From positions 1,605 through 65,604 of the forward strand of contig CABYSN010000001.1 in NCBI GenBank assembly GCA_902521645.1: a DNA stretch of 64,000 bases. The letters run 5' to 3'. Positions 1 to 9,137 of this stretch are shown in pieces. The stretch's first letter is position 1. Each line of letters opens with the position of its first letter. The notes beneath the pieces were generated by a model. It was not told the origin of the DNA. It ran no database searches and worked only from the letters and a program-made list of their open reading frames with translations. A program made the position numbers and the translations under genes. The stretch comes from Planctomycetota bacterium (lineage in GTDB: Bacteria; Planctomycetota; Phycisphaerae; Phycisphaerales; SM1A02).

Positions 1-351
1 CTGACCTTGAGCTCGGCACGACTTTCGGTGCTCATCGATCGCCCCCTCGAGTCCGATGTGGATTCCAACGTCGCATCCGATGTCGGACTGGATCTCGGAG
101 GGCAGGCGGAGATTCTTCGACTGACGTCCAGCGGTCAGGTCTACGCCCGGACCAGCGAGCATGATGTCCAATGCGAACGTTTCGAATATGACGTCTCCAA
201 TGGGATCGCGGAATTGGAGGCGCCCAAGGGCGGCATGGTCACGGTCGTGTCTCTTGGAAGCCCCAATCCGGTGCGAGCCAACAGCATGCGCTGGGACATG
301 CGGACCGGTCGAATTCAGATTTCCGGTGCTCGAGGCGGCCTTGGGCGTTGA
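1..351 (+). CDS. 3' portion of a CDS that begins upstream of the window; hypothetical beta-rich periplasmic protein (weakly OstA/LptA-like)
   Basis: Frame open from nt 1 to TGA at 349-351; no diagnostic motif, call from composition only. Confidence 0.3.
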   Translation: MTLSSARLSVLIDRPLESDVDSNVASDVGLDLGGQAEILRLTSSGQVYARTSEHDVQCERFEYDVSNGIAELEAPKGGMVTVVSLGSPNPVRANSMRWDMRTGRIQISGARGGLGR

Positions 352-363
352 GACCGTCTTCGG

Positions 364-1158
364 TCACAATTCCGCGCGGATCGCCCAGAGGTCGGGGAAC
401 AGAGGATTGAAGAGCGTGTTGCGCAGGTATCCGACTCCATCGGAGCCACCTGTTCCCATTCTCACGCCGATCGTTCTCTGAACCATCATCACGTGACGGT
501 ATCGCCATTCCTGGATGCCTTCATCGAGATCCACGAGGTGCTCGCACAGGGCTCTTTCGTGCGGATGTTCTCTGTAGAGCCGGATCAGTTCAGGTTGGAA
601 TTCCGGACATTCAGTGGTTGGTTCGTCAGAAGTGCCGTCCATCAGATGCCCGGGAACCTCGAAACCACGAGTGCTGAACCATTCGCAGAAGGCGTTCCAG
701 ATCGAGGGTTCTGCGATGCGTCTCGCCAGTGCCTCGTGCTCCATCGACCCGGGCGGATAGTGATTCAGGGTCTTTCTGCGCTTGTAGCCGAGCAGGAATT
801 CGAATTCCCGGAACTGGGCCGACTGGAATCCGCTGGCGCTCTGGAGGAAGTCTCTGAAAGAGAGGAACGAGATCGGTGTCATCGTCTCCAGGATGTCGAT
901 CTGCGAGACCATCGTCTTCAGAATCGTGAGCATTCTCTTGAGTGTCGCAAAGGCCAGTTCGTCCTGATCGTCCTTGAGGAGCGTCTTCAGAAGATCTCCT
1001 TCGTGAAGCATCTGTCTGAACCAGAGTTCGTACACCTGATGAATGATGATGAAGAGCATTTCATCATGTTCTTCAGGTGACGATTTCGGCTGCTGGAGTT
1101 CCAGAAGTTCGGGGACCTTGAGGTAGGACGCATAGGTGATCGGATCGGCCTGTGGCAT
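364..1158 (-). CDS. kynA: tryptophan 2,3-dioxygenase
   Basis: 264 aa; YASYLKVPELLELQ...HDEMLFIIIHQVYELWFRQ and GTGGSDGVGYL motifs typical of bacterial TDO. Confidence 0.9.
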   Translation of the reverse strand: MPQADPITYASYLKVPELLELQQPKSSPEEHDEMLFIIIHQVYELWFRQMLHEGDLLKTLLKDDQDELAFATLKRMLTILKTMVSQIDILETMTPISFLSFRDFLQSASGFQSAQFREFEFLLGYKRRKTLNHYPPGSMEHEALARRIAEPSIWNAFCEWFSTRGFEVPGHLMDGTSDEPTTECPEFQPELIRLYREHPHERALCEHLVDLDEGIQEWRYRHVMMVQRTIGVRMGTGGSDGVGYLRNTLFNPLFPDLWAIRAEL

Positions 1159-1256
1159 GGTTCTTTCCGCGCTTCCGTGGGTGAATGGCTGACGTTAGCC
1201 GCGACCCTAGCGGCCCGCAAGGCGGAGAGGGCTGAGAAGAGGATTCTGGACGTCTT

Positions 1257-1802
1257 TCAGTCAGGTTTTTCGCGTTGCTGCACGATCTTTTCAACGAGCC
1301 GTTCCATGCGAATCATCGAATCTCGAATCTCGTCGAGTGCGTCGTTTGGTTCAGCACTCGTCTGATTGGCTGGTTTGCGTGCCATCCTGTCTCGCTGTTC
1401 CAGGACTTCCCTGCGAAAATCTTCGGTGTTCCTGATGCCGATCAGGCTGATCAGGCTTCCCGGGCCGCTCTGGCCCGCGGTTTCCACGGAGATCCTGTGA
1501 AGATCGAACATCCGCATGATCGGTCCCTGGGCCATCTGCAGATCCGTGATCTTTTCGAGAGGCACGGTCTTCTCGATCTTGTTGAAGACGCCCTTCTTCA
1601 CGTTGAGCGATCTCGTCGTGAGCACGCAGTCCCAGGAGGCGATCACCCGGGTCAGGACCAGCTTGAAGATGATCGCCAGAATGAGTGCGATCGGGATCGT
1701 CACGATGAACAGCGACAGGAGGATCAGGCTCATCCAGTGGTACTTGATGATCCCGTCGGCATCGAATTCAGCCTTCTTGAGAACTTCCTCGTTCGGTGTC
1801 AT
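1257..1802 (-). CDS. membrane-anchored bacterial PH-domain (bPH_2 / YdbS-like) protein
   Basis: 181 aa; N-terminal TM hairpin then KKGVFNKIEKTVPLEKITDLQMAQGPIMRMFDLHRISVETAG, the YdbS/DUF304-type signature. Confidence 0.6.
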   Translation of the reverse strand: MTPNEEVLKKAEFDADGIIKYHWMSLILLSLFIVTIPIALILAIIFKLVLTRVIASWDCVLTTRSLNVKKGVFNKIEKTVPLEKITDLQMAQGPIMRMFDLHRISVETAGQSGPGSLISLIGIRNTEDFRREVLEQRDRMARKPANQTSAEPNDALDEIRDSMIRMERLVEKIVQQREKPD

Positions 1803-1825
1803 GTCAGCTCCTCTTCGAATCTGGT

Positions 1826-3196
1826 TCAGACCGTCGGCGGTGCGAATCCTTCTCGGTAGGTCCTTCTGACGATCGTGTCGTTCGCCTCGGCGTGATTTGT
1901 GATCATGCGCCTGGACCGATCCCAGACCAGTTCCGTGTTCGGGAATCTGGAGGCTTTTTGCGCAAGCAGTGCGGGCTCGGTGATTCTGACGCCATCGGGG
2001 AATGGTGTCCTGAGTTCGGTCTTCTCGCCCATGATGTTGTCCACCCAGGCGTGCCAGTGGTTCAGCTGTTCGAATTCCGGCAGGTCCGGCATCTCGAGTC
2101 CCGGTGTCATCGAACCTTCCCGCCAGATCTCAAGGCCACCGCCTGCCGTCAACGTCAGGATTCCGCCTTCGCAGACCACCATCGTCATGTTGGAATCCGG
2201 CCATTCTCCGGGGGGAAGTCCGAGCGCGGCACGTGATGGGGTCTGTCCGCAATCGCTGTAATGGATCGGGAAATGATCCGAGGCGAACTTGTCACTGTCG
2301 GACACGTCGTAGGTCACCGTCGACTGGCATGGATAGGTATGGAAGACGTCGGATGGTTTCGGGGCATGAGTCTTGACCGCCATCGGTGATTGCAGATCGT
2401 CGTACCCGTAGAAGATGACATCGAGGACATGAACGCCCCAGTCGCCCAGTCCGCCCGTTCCATACTCCCACCAGGATCGCCACTTCAGTGGAATGAGTCC
2501 CTCGCGAAAGGGCGTCTCTTCACATGGTCCGAGCCAGAGGTCGAAATCGATGTTTTCCGGCGGGCTGATCGGTTCGGAAAGCACTCGGTCATAATTGAAG
2601 TAATGCCCCGAGTTCGGTGATCCGGTCCAGGCGTAGCCGGCGATCGCCTTGCCGAGCACGCCTGAGCGAAGGATCTCGACCGCGGCCCTTCGTCCCGGAT
2701 AGACCATGCGCTGATTGCCCACCTGGGTGATCAGGTTCGGTCTCGCCTTCATCGCATCGTCGATCATCGCCAGTTCCTCGAGCTGGTGAACGAGCGGCTT
2801 CTGTCCGTAGACATGCTTTCCCGCGGCCAGCGCGGTGAGCATGATGGGTGCATGCGTGTGGTCGGGGGTGGAGACTATGACCGCATCGAACTTGTCACCG
2901 TGCTGTTCGAAAGCTTCTCGGTAATCCGAACATGTGAAGGCATCAGGATGCTTGGTCTTGGTGTCTTCGAGGTAGAACCGATCCACATCGCACAGTCCGG
3001 TGATCTGCACCGCAGGGTGGGATGCGACCTGGCTTCGGTCGGTGCCGCCGATGCTTCCGACGACTCCGATCGAGAGCACGTTGACTCTGCTGTTCGGAGA
3101 GATCTTCCCCATGGCCGAGAGGTCCATCGCCGCCATGCCGAGTCCCGCAGCGCTGGTGGATTGGATGAAACGTCTTCTGGAGATGGAATTGATCAT
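1826..3196 (-). CDS. Tat-exported Gfo/Idh/MocA-family oxidoreductase
   Basis: 456 aa; twin-arginine leader SRRRFIQSTSAAGLGMAA, Rossmann segment VLSIGVVGSIGG, GQKPL motif. Confidence 0.85.
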   Translation of the reverse strand: MINSISRRRFIQSTSAAGLGMAAMDLSAMGKISPNSRVNVLSIGVVGSIGGTDRSQVASHPAVQITGLCDVDRFYLEDTKTKHPDAFTCSDYREAFEQHGDKFDAVIVSTPDHTHAPIMLTALAAGKHVYGQKPLVHQLEELAMIDDAMKARPNLITQVGNQRMVYPGRRAAVEILRSGVLGKAIAGYAWTGSPNSGHYFNYDRVLSEPISPPENIDFDLWLGPCEETPFREGLIPLKWRSWWEYGTGGLGDWGVHVLDVIFYGYDDLQSPMAVKTHAPKPSDVFHTYPCQSTVTYDVSDSDKFASDHFPIHYSDCGQTPSRAALGLPPGEWPDSNMTMVVCEGGILTLTAGGGLEIWREGSMTPGLEMPDLPEFEQLNHWHAWVDNIMGEKTELRTPFPDGVRITEPALLAQKASRFPNTELVWDRSRRMITNHAEANDTIVRRTYREGFAPPTV

Positions 3197-3308
3197 GAAA
3201 AGCTCCGGCGTGCTGAATGAATGTGCGAGACAGTGGACAACCGCTCATCCATCGTAGGAGAGAATGCCGGATTTGAAAACAAAAGCATGTGAAGACCGCG
3301 GGTGCCGG

Positions 3309-4247
3309 CTAGTTCGGCGGGTCGGTCTTTCTCATTTTCATCGCCTGACGCTCGGAGGATGGCACCTTGACGTTCGTGACGAGGCCGAGTTTCTTCATGG
3401 TCGTGATGATGACCCAGCTCGAGTCGAACTGCCACCAACGAAGACCGTGGCGTGCTGAGGTCGGAAACGCATGGTGGTTGTTGTGCCACCCTTCACCGAG
3501 GGCGAGAACACCGACGACGGCGTTGTTCTTGCTGTGATCATTCGACTTGAAGGGCGAATCGCCCCACAGGTGGCAGATGGAGTTCACACTCCAGGTGGCG
3601 TGATGCTCGGCCAGAATCCGAACGAGTCCGCCCCAGATCATGCCTGTGAGAGCGCCCATCCAGCTCATGGTGATGAGACCTCCCAGGACGGTGGGAATCA
3701 GGACTCCGAGAATGGCCCAGACCAGAAACGTCGAATCGATGAAGCAGAGCATGGGTTGGGCACGAAGGTCGGGGACGTATTTGTTGACCGGGCTCGTCGC
3801 CGGCCGGAAGAGCCAGCCGATGTGCGAATGCCAGAAATGCATCAGGAAGTTGTGATCGCCTGGTGCATGAGGCGAGTGGGGGTCCTGGTCGTGATCGCTG
3901 TGCGCATGATGGAGACGATGCGTCGAAACCCACCAGAAGATCGGGCCTTGCATCGCCATCGATCCCATCACGCCCAGCATGAAGACGACTGGTTTCGGAG
4001 CGTCGAATGACTTGTGCGAGAAGTATCGGTGAAAACCGATGGTGATTCCGAATCCTGAGACCAGATACATTCCGACCAGAAGGATCATGTCCAGCGGACT
4101 GAAGAAACTGTTCCAGGCCAGAATCATCCCTGCGATCAGTGCCAGAGGAGGGATGATGATCCCCATGAGAAGCGTCCAGAGTACGAACGGCTTCCTTTCG
4201 CTCGCTGTCTTGGCTTCCAGCGGTGCGGCCGGTGATCCGGTGGTCAT
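3309..4247 (-). CDS. membrane fatty-acid desaturase (delta-9 acyl-CoA/acyl-lipid type)
   Basis: 312 aa; three histidine boxes HRYFSH, HRLHHAHSD, HNNHHAFP and multiple TM segments. Confidence 0.9.
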   Translation of the reverse strand: MTTGSPAAPLEAKTASERKPFVLWTLLMGIIIPPLALIAGMILAWNSFFSPLDMILLVGMYLVSGFGITIGFHRYFSHKSFDAPKPVVFMLGVMGSMAMQGPIFWWVSTHRLHHAHSDHDQDPHSPHAPGDHNFLMHFWHSHIGWLFRPATSPVNKYVPDLRAQPMLCFIDSTFLVWAILGVLIPTVLGGLITMSWMGALTGMIWGGLVRILAEHHATWSVNSICHLWGDSPFKSNDHSKNNAVVGVLALGEGWHNNHHAFPTSARHGLRWWQFDSSWVIITTMKKLGLVTNVKVPSSERQAMKMRKTDPPN

Positions 4248-4464
4248 TCGAAATCCTATCTGTGAGTGGATTGGGGGGCTGTCAGACTATAGCGTTCCCC
4301 TCAGGTCCGCGCCGGATCGAATCTCAATCTCATCAGTGAAAGATCATTCTCGATCCGCCACCCACCTGAAAGGGGCTTGATCAGTTCTCCCGGCAGGTTC
4401 GTACCCCCTTCAACGAGCCTCAGGTCGATTCAACTCACTTCATCGGAGTGAATCCGGTCTTCGT

Positions 4465-6912
4465 TCATGAGTGATCCGTTTCGGCAGGTCCCTCCGTCGA
4501 CTCGCTTTCGTCCGTCGGGCGTTCATCCTTCGAGCCCTCCTCGGCGGGAGGCGTCAGGTCGAAATCCGCGAGATTCACCATTTCGGATTTCCATTCGAGA
4601 AGGGGCGCCCCCTGAAAGCGGAAGAGTCTGGCCAGAACGATCTCCGGAATGCTGTGCAGTCTGGCCATGTAACGCTCGGCTGCGGCGTTGTACCCTTTTC
4701 GCCGCGCACTGATCTCATTTTCGAGACTCACGATGGCCGACATCAGTTTCTGAAAGACGGTGTTGGCCTTCAGGTCGGGATACTCCTCACGGATCGCGAG
4801 CATCTTCCTGATCGTCCTGATGCTGCCTGATTCCGCTTCATCGGGTGACTCGCCTCGCTCACGTTCGAAATCACGTCTCAGTTCGGTGACCATCTCCTGA
4901 GTGCGACTCTCGTGGTCGGCATATCCCCTGGTGATGTCTTCAAGTCGGGGAAGCAGGTCGAATCTCTTCTTCAAGGCCACTTCGATGTTGGATTTCGCGA
5001 GGTAGGTTCTCTGGCGGAGAAAGACGAGGTCGTTGTAGAGCAGGACGAGGATGAGCATGGCGACGGTGCCGATGGATGCGAGTGCCGCCATGAGCTGTTG
5101 AAAGGCGCTGACGGTCCCCGTGAACGAAAGAATGAACAGGAATGCCGAGCTCACCGCGGCGATTCCGATCGCGATCATCCAGAAAGCCACCGTGATCTTC
5201 ATGGTCTTGATCCTGGATTCCGGAAGGTTGGAGATGATGAAGGGAAGATCCTGAGGGTCCTTCTCCAGTCTCAGGGAATCTCCCGTCGAGGGATCGATCT
5301 CTCCCGAACCCAGCACGTACAACGGGTCACCCTCTCGCAAGGATTGCTCGGTGTAGATTCTTCGTCCCTTCTTCTTCTTTGCGGATCTGCCACTGATGAT
5401 TCCTGCTCCATCCGCGAGCACGGGAATGCTCCCGGAGTCGTCGATGCAGAGAAAGTCCGTGCTTTCGCTCCGTTTTTCGATCGTGTGCAGATGACGGTTC
5501 TTCCCCGACCCTCGCCATTCCTGAACGTGGTACTCGAACCACACGCAGTCATTGCCGGTCAGCGGCCCTTCAAGCGAGGGTGTGTCCCCGGATGTTGCAT
5601 AGCCCACTCTGCCGATCACCTCTGTGATCCCGATTTCAACATCCCCGCAGGGCGTGCTCGGGATGTTCTCGATGAGTCGCTTGACCTTGATCCCCTTCAT
5701 GCCCCATCGAATTCCGATGAGTCCGAGGAGCCCTCCGATGGCGATGGCCAGAGTCGGCCAGAGCCAGAAAGGGCGTGCCTGTGGGATCGCCTGAAGCTCC
5801 GCTTTTTCGCCGGTCGAGTCGACGATGCGAGGCGTGGATCCGAGTCCAAGTCCCTTCGCGACCAGCCATTGTGGGAAGCGGTCTCGAATTTCCTCCGATC
5901 GGGCGCATCGTGAGGCCAGGGAGTCACGGATCATCACGAGTCTGGGTCCGGGGGCTTGAGCGCTCGCCGCCATTGAGAACGCCGCGTCATCGGTCCAACT
6001 GCCGTTCCATGGCACGCCGATCTTCTCGAATCCCTGCTGGACGATCTTCTCGGCCGATTCGACGGAATCCGTGAGCGACCGATGAGAGGCTTGCAGGTCC
6101 GAGGCGAGCATCAGAGTGCTTCCAACGAGAAGGAAGCTCGATTCGAGTATCCCAATCACCGCGACGAATGTGAGCGCGTTCTGAAAGCGAAAGAAGAGCA
6201 TGAACGCGACGCAGCCACCACTGATCGCAAGCAGGCTCAAGGTCACCAGGACCGAGGCGAGGATTCCCTTCCCCGAGCGGATCTCGCTGATGGGTCGGTC
6301 GGACAGGATCGGGAGATATTCGCCTTCTTCATCGAAGGTGATGGCCGGTGTCCCAAGATATTCGGAGACCAGCCCCACGACCTTGATGGCATCTCCCGGT
6401 TCTATTCGATACTCGCTGTAGCGACGCTTGCCACTGGTCTTTCGCCAGGATCTCTTGAGGTAGGGGTCGATCGCCTGGTCAGGTACCAGCAGGATCCTGC
6501 TTGGTCCGTTCGCGAGTTCGAATTTCACGAACGATGTCGTGTCAAGAACGGTGACCCAGCTCGTGTTTCCCTCGGAATCCCTCGTCTCCTTCTCCTCGAC
6601 CGCCCGCACCCAGAGTGACGGGGTCTTGGTCCACAGCGCCTTGATCGTGCCGGAACGACCGGGGCGCTGGATCTCTTCGGCTTTGCCATTCGTCCGGATC
6701 GGTCCGGGGATCGCCGACTCCACTGGCGTGAGTGGAAGCCTTTCGAGTATTCGTATCTTTCGCAGGGAGGACAGTGACATCTGCTGCGCGATGACGCCTC
6801 CCGCCAGAAGAATGGGAATCAGGATCAGCAGCACGCCGGATGATGTCTTCGAACGTCTCTGGTTTCTGATCTCCTCGTTCATCGCTTCAGAGTATCTGAA
6901 TGCTCCGAGCAT
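4465..6912 (-). CDS. large membrane protein: two TM-bracketed GIDE-like beta domains fused to a C-terminal LemA domain
   Basis: 815 aa; C-terminus NIEVALKKRFDLLPRLEDITRGYADHE...YPDLKANTVFQKLMSAIVSLENEISARRKGYNAAAERYM matches the LemA signature; two upstream ~150-aa modules are each flanked by TM helices. Confidence 0.6.
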   Translation of the reverse strand: MLGAFRYSEAMNEEIRNQRRSKTSSGVLLILIPILLAGGVIAQQMSLSSLRKIRILERLPLTPVESAIPGPIRTNGKAEEIQRPGRSGTIKALWTKTPSLWVRAVEEKETRDSEGNTSWVTVLDTTSFVKFELANGPSRILLVPDQAIDPYLKRSWRKTSGKRRYSEYRIEPGDAIKVVGLVSEYLGTPAITFDEEGEYLPILSDRPISEIRSGKGILASVLVTLSLLAISGGCVAFMLFFRFQNALTFVAVIGILESSFLLVGSTLMLASDLQASHRSLTDSVESAEKIVQQGFEKIGVPWNGSWTDDAAFSMAASAQAPGPRLVMIRDSLASRCARSEEIRDRFPQWLVAKGLGLGSTPRIVDSTGEKAELQAIPQARPFWLWPTLAIAIGGLLGLIGIRWGMKGIKVKRLIENIPSTPCGDVEIGITEVIGRVGYATSGDTPSLEGPLTGNDCVWFEYHVQEWRGSGKNRHLHTIEKRSESTDFLCIDDSGSIPVLADGAGIISGRSAKKKKGRRIYTEQSLREGDPLYVLGSGEIDPSTGDSLRLEKDPQDLPFIISNLPESRIKTMKITVAFWMIAIGIAAVSSAFLFILSFTGTVSAFQQLMAALASIGTVAMLILVLLYNDLVFLRQRTYLAKSNIEVALKKRFDLLPRLEDITRGYADHESRTQEMVTELRRDFERERGESPDEAESGSIRTIRKMLAIREEYPDLKANTVFQKLMSAIVSLENEISARRKGYNAAAERYMARLHSIPEIVLARLFRFQGAPLLEWKSEMVNLADFDLTPPAEEGSKDERPTDESESTEGPAETDHS

Positions 6913-7022
6913 GCACAGTCCCGAAAGAACCTGATTTAAAGGGCGCCGGATGGGTTGTTGGTGATTCCAAAGAACCCGGCTCCGGTCATGACGTATCTCC
7001 GACAGAGGAAAGGAGGCGTCTC

Positions 7023-7193
7023 ATGAGCCTCAGTGACAGAGAATACATGCGTGATGACAGGGGGCGTTCGAACAGGGGCAGACCTTCGGAATCCCAGGGG
7101 TCCCGTCTTCTCGGGATCAGCCGATCCGAGAAGATCTCCCTGGGAGTCGGGGGGATCGTGATCGTCGCATTCCTGATCCTGGCTCTCGCCTGA
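7023..7193 (+). CDS. small tail-anchored membrane protein, hypothetical
   Basis: 56 aa; strong SD AAGGAGG 6 nt upstream of the ATG at 7023; basic N-terminus and a single C-terminal TM (GVGGIVIVAFLILALA). Confidence 0.4.
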   Translation: MSLSDREYMRDDRGRSNRGRPSESQGSRLLGISRSEKISLGVGGIVIVAFLILALA

Positions 7194-7205
7194 TCGAAAG
7201 CATGG

Positions 7206-8948
7206 TCATTCCTTGTTTTCGGACTGCAGAACGACCATCTTCCGGTAGGCGCCGCTGGTCTGCATGAGTTCCTCATGTCTTCCGGTCTCGATGACTCGTC
7301 CCTCGCCCAGCACCACGATCAGGTCGGCATGCATGATGGTGCTCAGTCTGTGGGCGATGACGAACGACGTTCGCCCTCGCATCAATTCCGTGAGTCCCTG
7401 CTGGATCTTCTTCTCGCTCTCGGTGTCGAGATTGCTGGTCGCTTCATCGAGAATGAGGATCCTCGGATCGGCCAGGATCGCCCGCGCGATGGCGAGCCTC
7501 TGTCGTTGTCCACCCGACAGCTTGAATCCGCGTTCTCCGATCACCGTGTCGAGACCATTTGGAAGTGCCGCGATGAAATCATCCGCAGCGGCAAGTTCCG
7601 CGGCACGATGAATGTCCGCGTCCGTGGAGCCTCTGCGGCCGTAGCCGATGTTGGACCGAACCGTGCCGTCGAAGAGGAAGACGTCCTGTTCGACGATCCC
7701 CAGAAGTCTCCGATAGGAGTCCAGACTGATGTTTCTGATGTCCTCCCCGTCAAGCAGGATCCTTCCCGCGGTCGGGTCGTAGAATCGGGCCACCAGATTG
7801 CAGCAGGTGGTCTTTCCCGCGCCCGATCTGCCGACGAGTGCGACGAGTGATCCCGGTTCGACATCGAAGCTCACGGACTGGAGCGCGGGCATGTCCGCAT
7901 CCGGATAGTTGAAACTGATGTCCTCGAGTCGCATGCGACCTTCGACATCCGATGAATCGATCTCCAGCGCTCCTTCGACATCGGGCATCTCTCTGGGTTC
8001 CTCGACCAGGTCGAGGACGCGGTCCAGTCCGGCGAGATTGGTCTGGAACATGGTGGCACTGTTGGCAAGCGTTTCGATGGGTCCGAAGAGCATTGCGAGA
8101 TAGGCCAGGAACATCACCAGATCACCGGTGGTGATGGTGCCTTCGATGACCTGCCTGCCGCCGAACCAGAGCAGGGCCGCTGATGCCATCGGCAGCAGGA
8201 GACTCCATGCCAGCTCCACCCCGCGCGCCCACCACCACACGTAGATCTCCTTTCGAAGCATCACGTGGTTGCCGGTCACGTATCGGCTTGATTCCGAGCG
8301 TCTCCGGGCGAATCCCCGGACGACTCTCATTCCTCCGAAGGATTCGGTGGCATGCGAGTCGATCTCCTGGCGTTGCATCCTGATGTCCCGGTACATCGGC
8401 CGTATCCGTCCGATCCAGGTGCGGTGGGTGTACCAGATCAATGGAAAGAGCGCGACCGCTCCGACCAGAAGGCGCCAGTCCACGAAGGCGAGAACGGCCA
8501 GCGATCCGAGCAGCTGGATGATCGCGCGCCATGGGTTGTAGACCATGGCGAAGATGAGATCCGCGACGCCGCCGGCATCTTCTCTGATCAGGCTGGTCGC
8601 GCCGCCGGAGGTCAGTTCCTGGACCTTGTGTAGCGGCAGCCTCGAGGCGTGGTCGAAAGCCTCGTGCCGCATCGAGGACTGAAGTCGCTTCACCGTCTGG
8701 GTCGCCTTCCACCGACCGGTGATTCCAAGCAGCGTGGAGAGCACCGAGACCACCACGACGATTCCGACGAGAATCAGAAGTTGATCGACGGGGGTCTTGG
8801 GGATGTTCTGACTGCCGGGGACGAGTCTGATGAGGGACTCGGGAAGGGGTTCTCCATTGAAGACCTGATCCACGGCGAACTTGGTGACCACGGGTGGCAC
8901 GAGCGCGAGAATCGTCGCGATGGTGAGCGTCCCGAGCGCGATCGCCAT
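7206..8948 (-). CDS. ABC exporter, fused permease/ATPase (MsbA-like). Annotated from the first in-frame start; the N-terminus is probably incomplete (see findings)
   Basis: 580 aa; six-TM domain then Walker A GRSGAGKTT, signature LSGGQRQRLAIARA, Walker B ILILDEATS. Confidence 0.85.
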   Translation of the reverse strand: MAIALGTLTIATILALVPPVVTKFAVDQVFNGEPLPESLIRLVPGSQNIPKTPVDQLLILVGIVVVVSVLSTLLGITGRWKATQTVKRLQSSMRHEAFDHASRLPLHKVQELTSGGATSLIREDAGGVADLIFAMVYNPWRAIIQLLGSLAVLAFVDWRLLVGAVALFPLIWYTHRTWIGRIRPMYRDIRMQRQEIDSHATESFGGMRVVRGFARRRSESSRYVTGNHVMLRKEIYVWWWARGVELAWSLLLPMASAALLWFGGRQVIEGTITTGDLVMFLAYLAMLFGPIETLANSATMFQTNLAGLDRVLDLVEEPREMPDVEGALEIDSSDVEGRMRLEDISFNYPDADMPALQSVSFDVEPGSLVALVGRSGAGKTTCCNLVARFYDPTAGRILLDGEDIRNISLDSYRRLLGIVEQDVFLFDGTVRSNIGYGRRGSTDADIHRAAELAAADDFIAALPNGLDTVIGERGFKLSGGQRQRLAIARAILADPRILILDEATSNLDTESEKKIQQGLTELMRGRTSFVIAHRLSTIMHADLIVVLGEGRVIETGRHEELMQTSGAYRKMVVLQSENKE

Positions 8949-9124
8949 CGCTCCTCGATAGGGGGCGAGTCGACCGAGAAAAATCCGGAACAGCTCGCCG
9001 AAGGATCGCGTGCGCTGGGTGCTGCGTTCCTGCGAATGCCAGGTGAGGATCTTCTCCTTGCGTCGGGTGTGCGCCTTCGATCGGGAGTCCTCTTGATACT
9101 TCTGAAACCTCCGTCGGGAGGAGC

Positions 9125-9134
9125 GGGGGGGGGG
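9125..9134. repeat. G10 (C10 on the coding strand) homopolymer between the rlmN stop and the ABC exporter
   Basis: Counted directly: gagc-gggggggggg-aggtca. Confidence 0.95.
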
Positions 9135-9137
9135 AGG

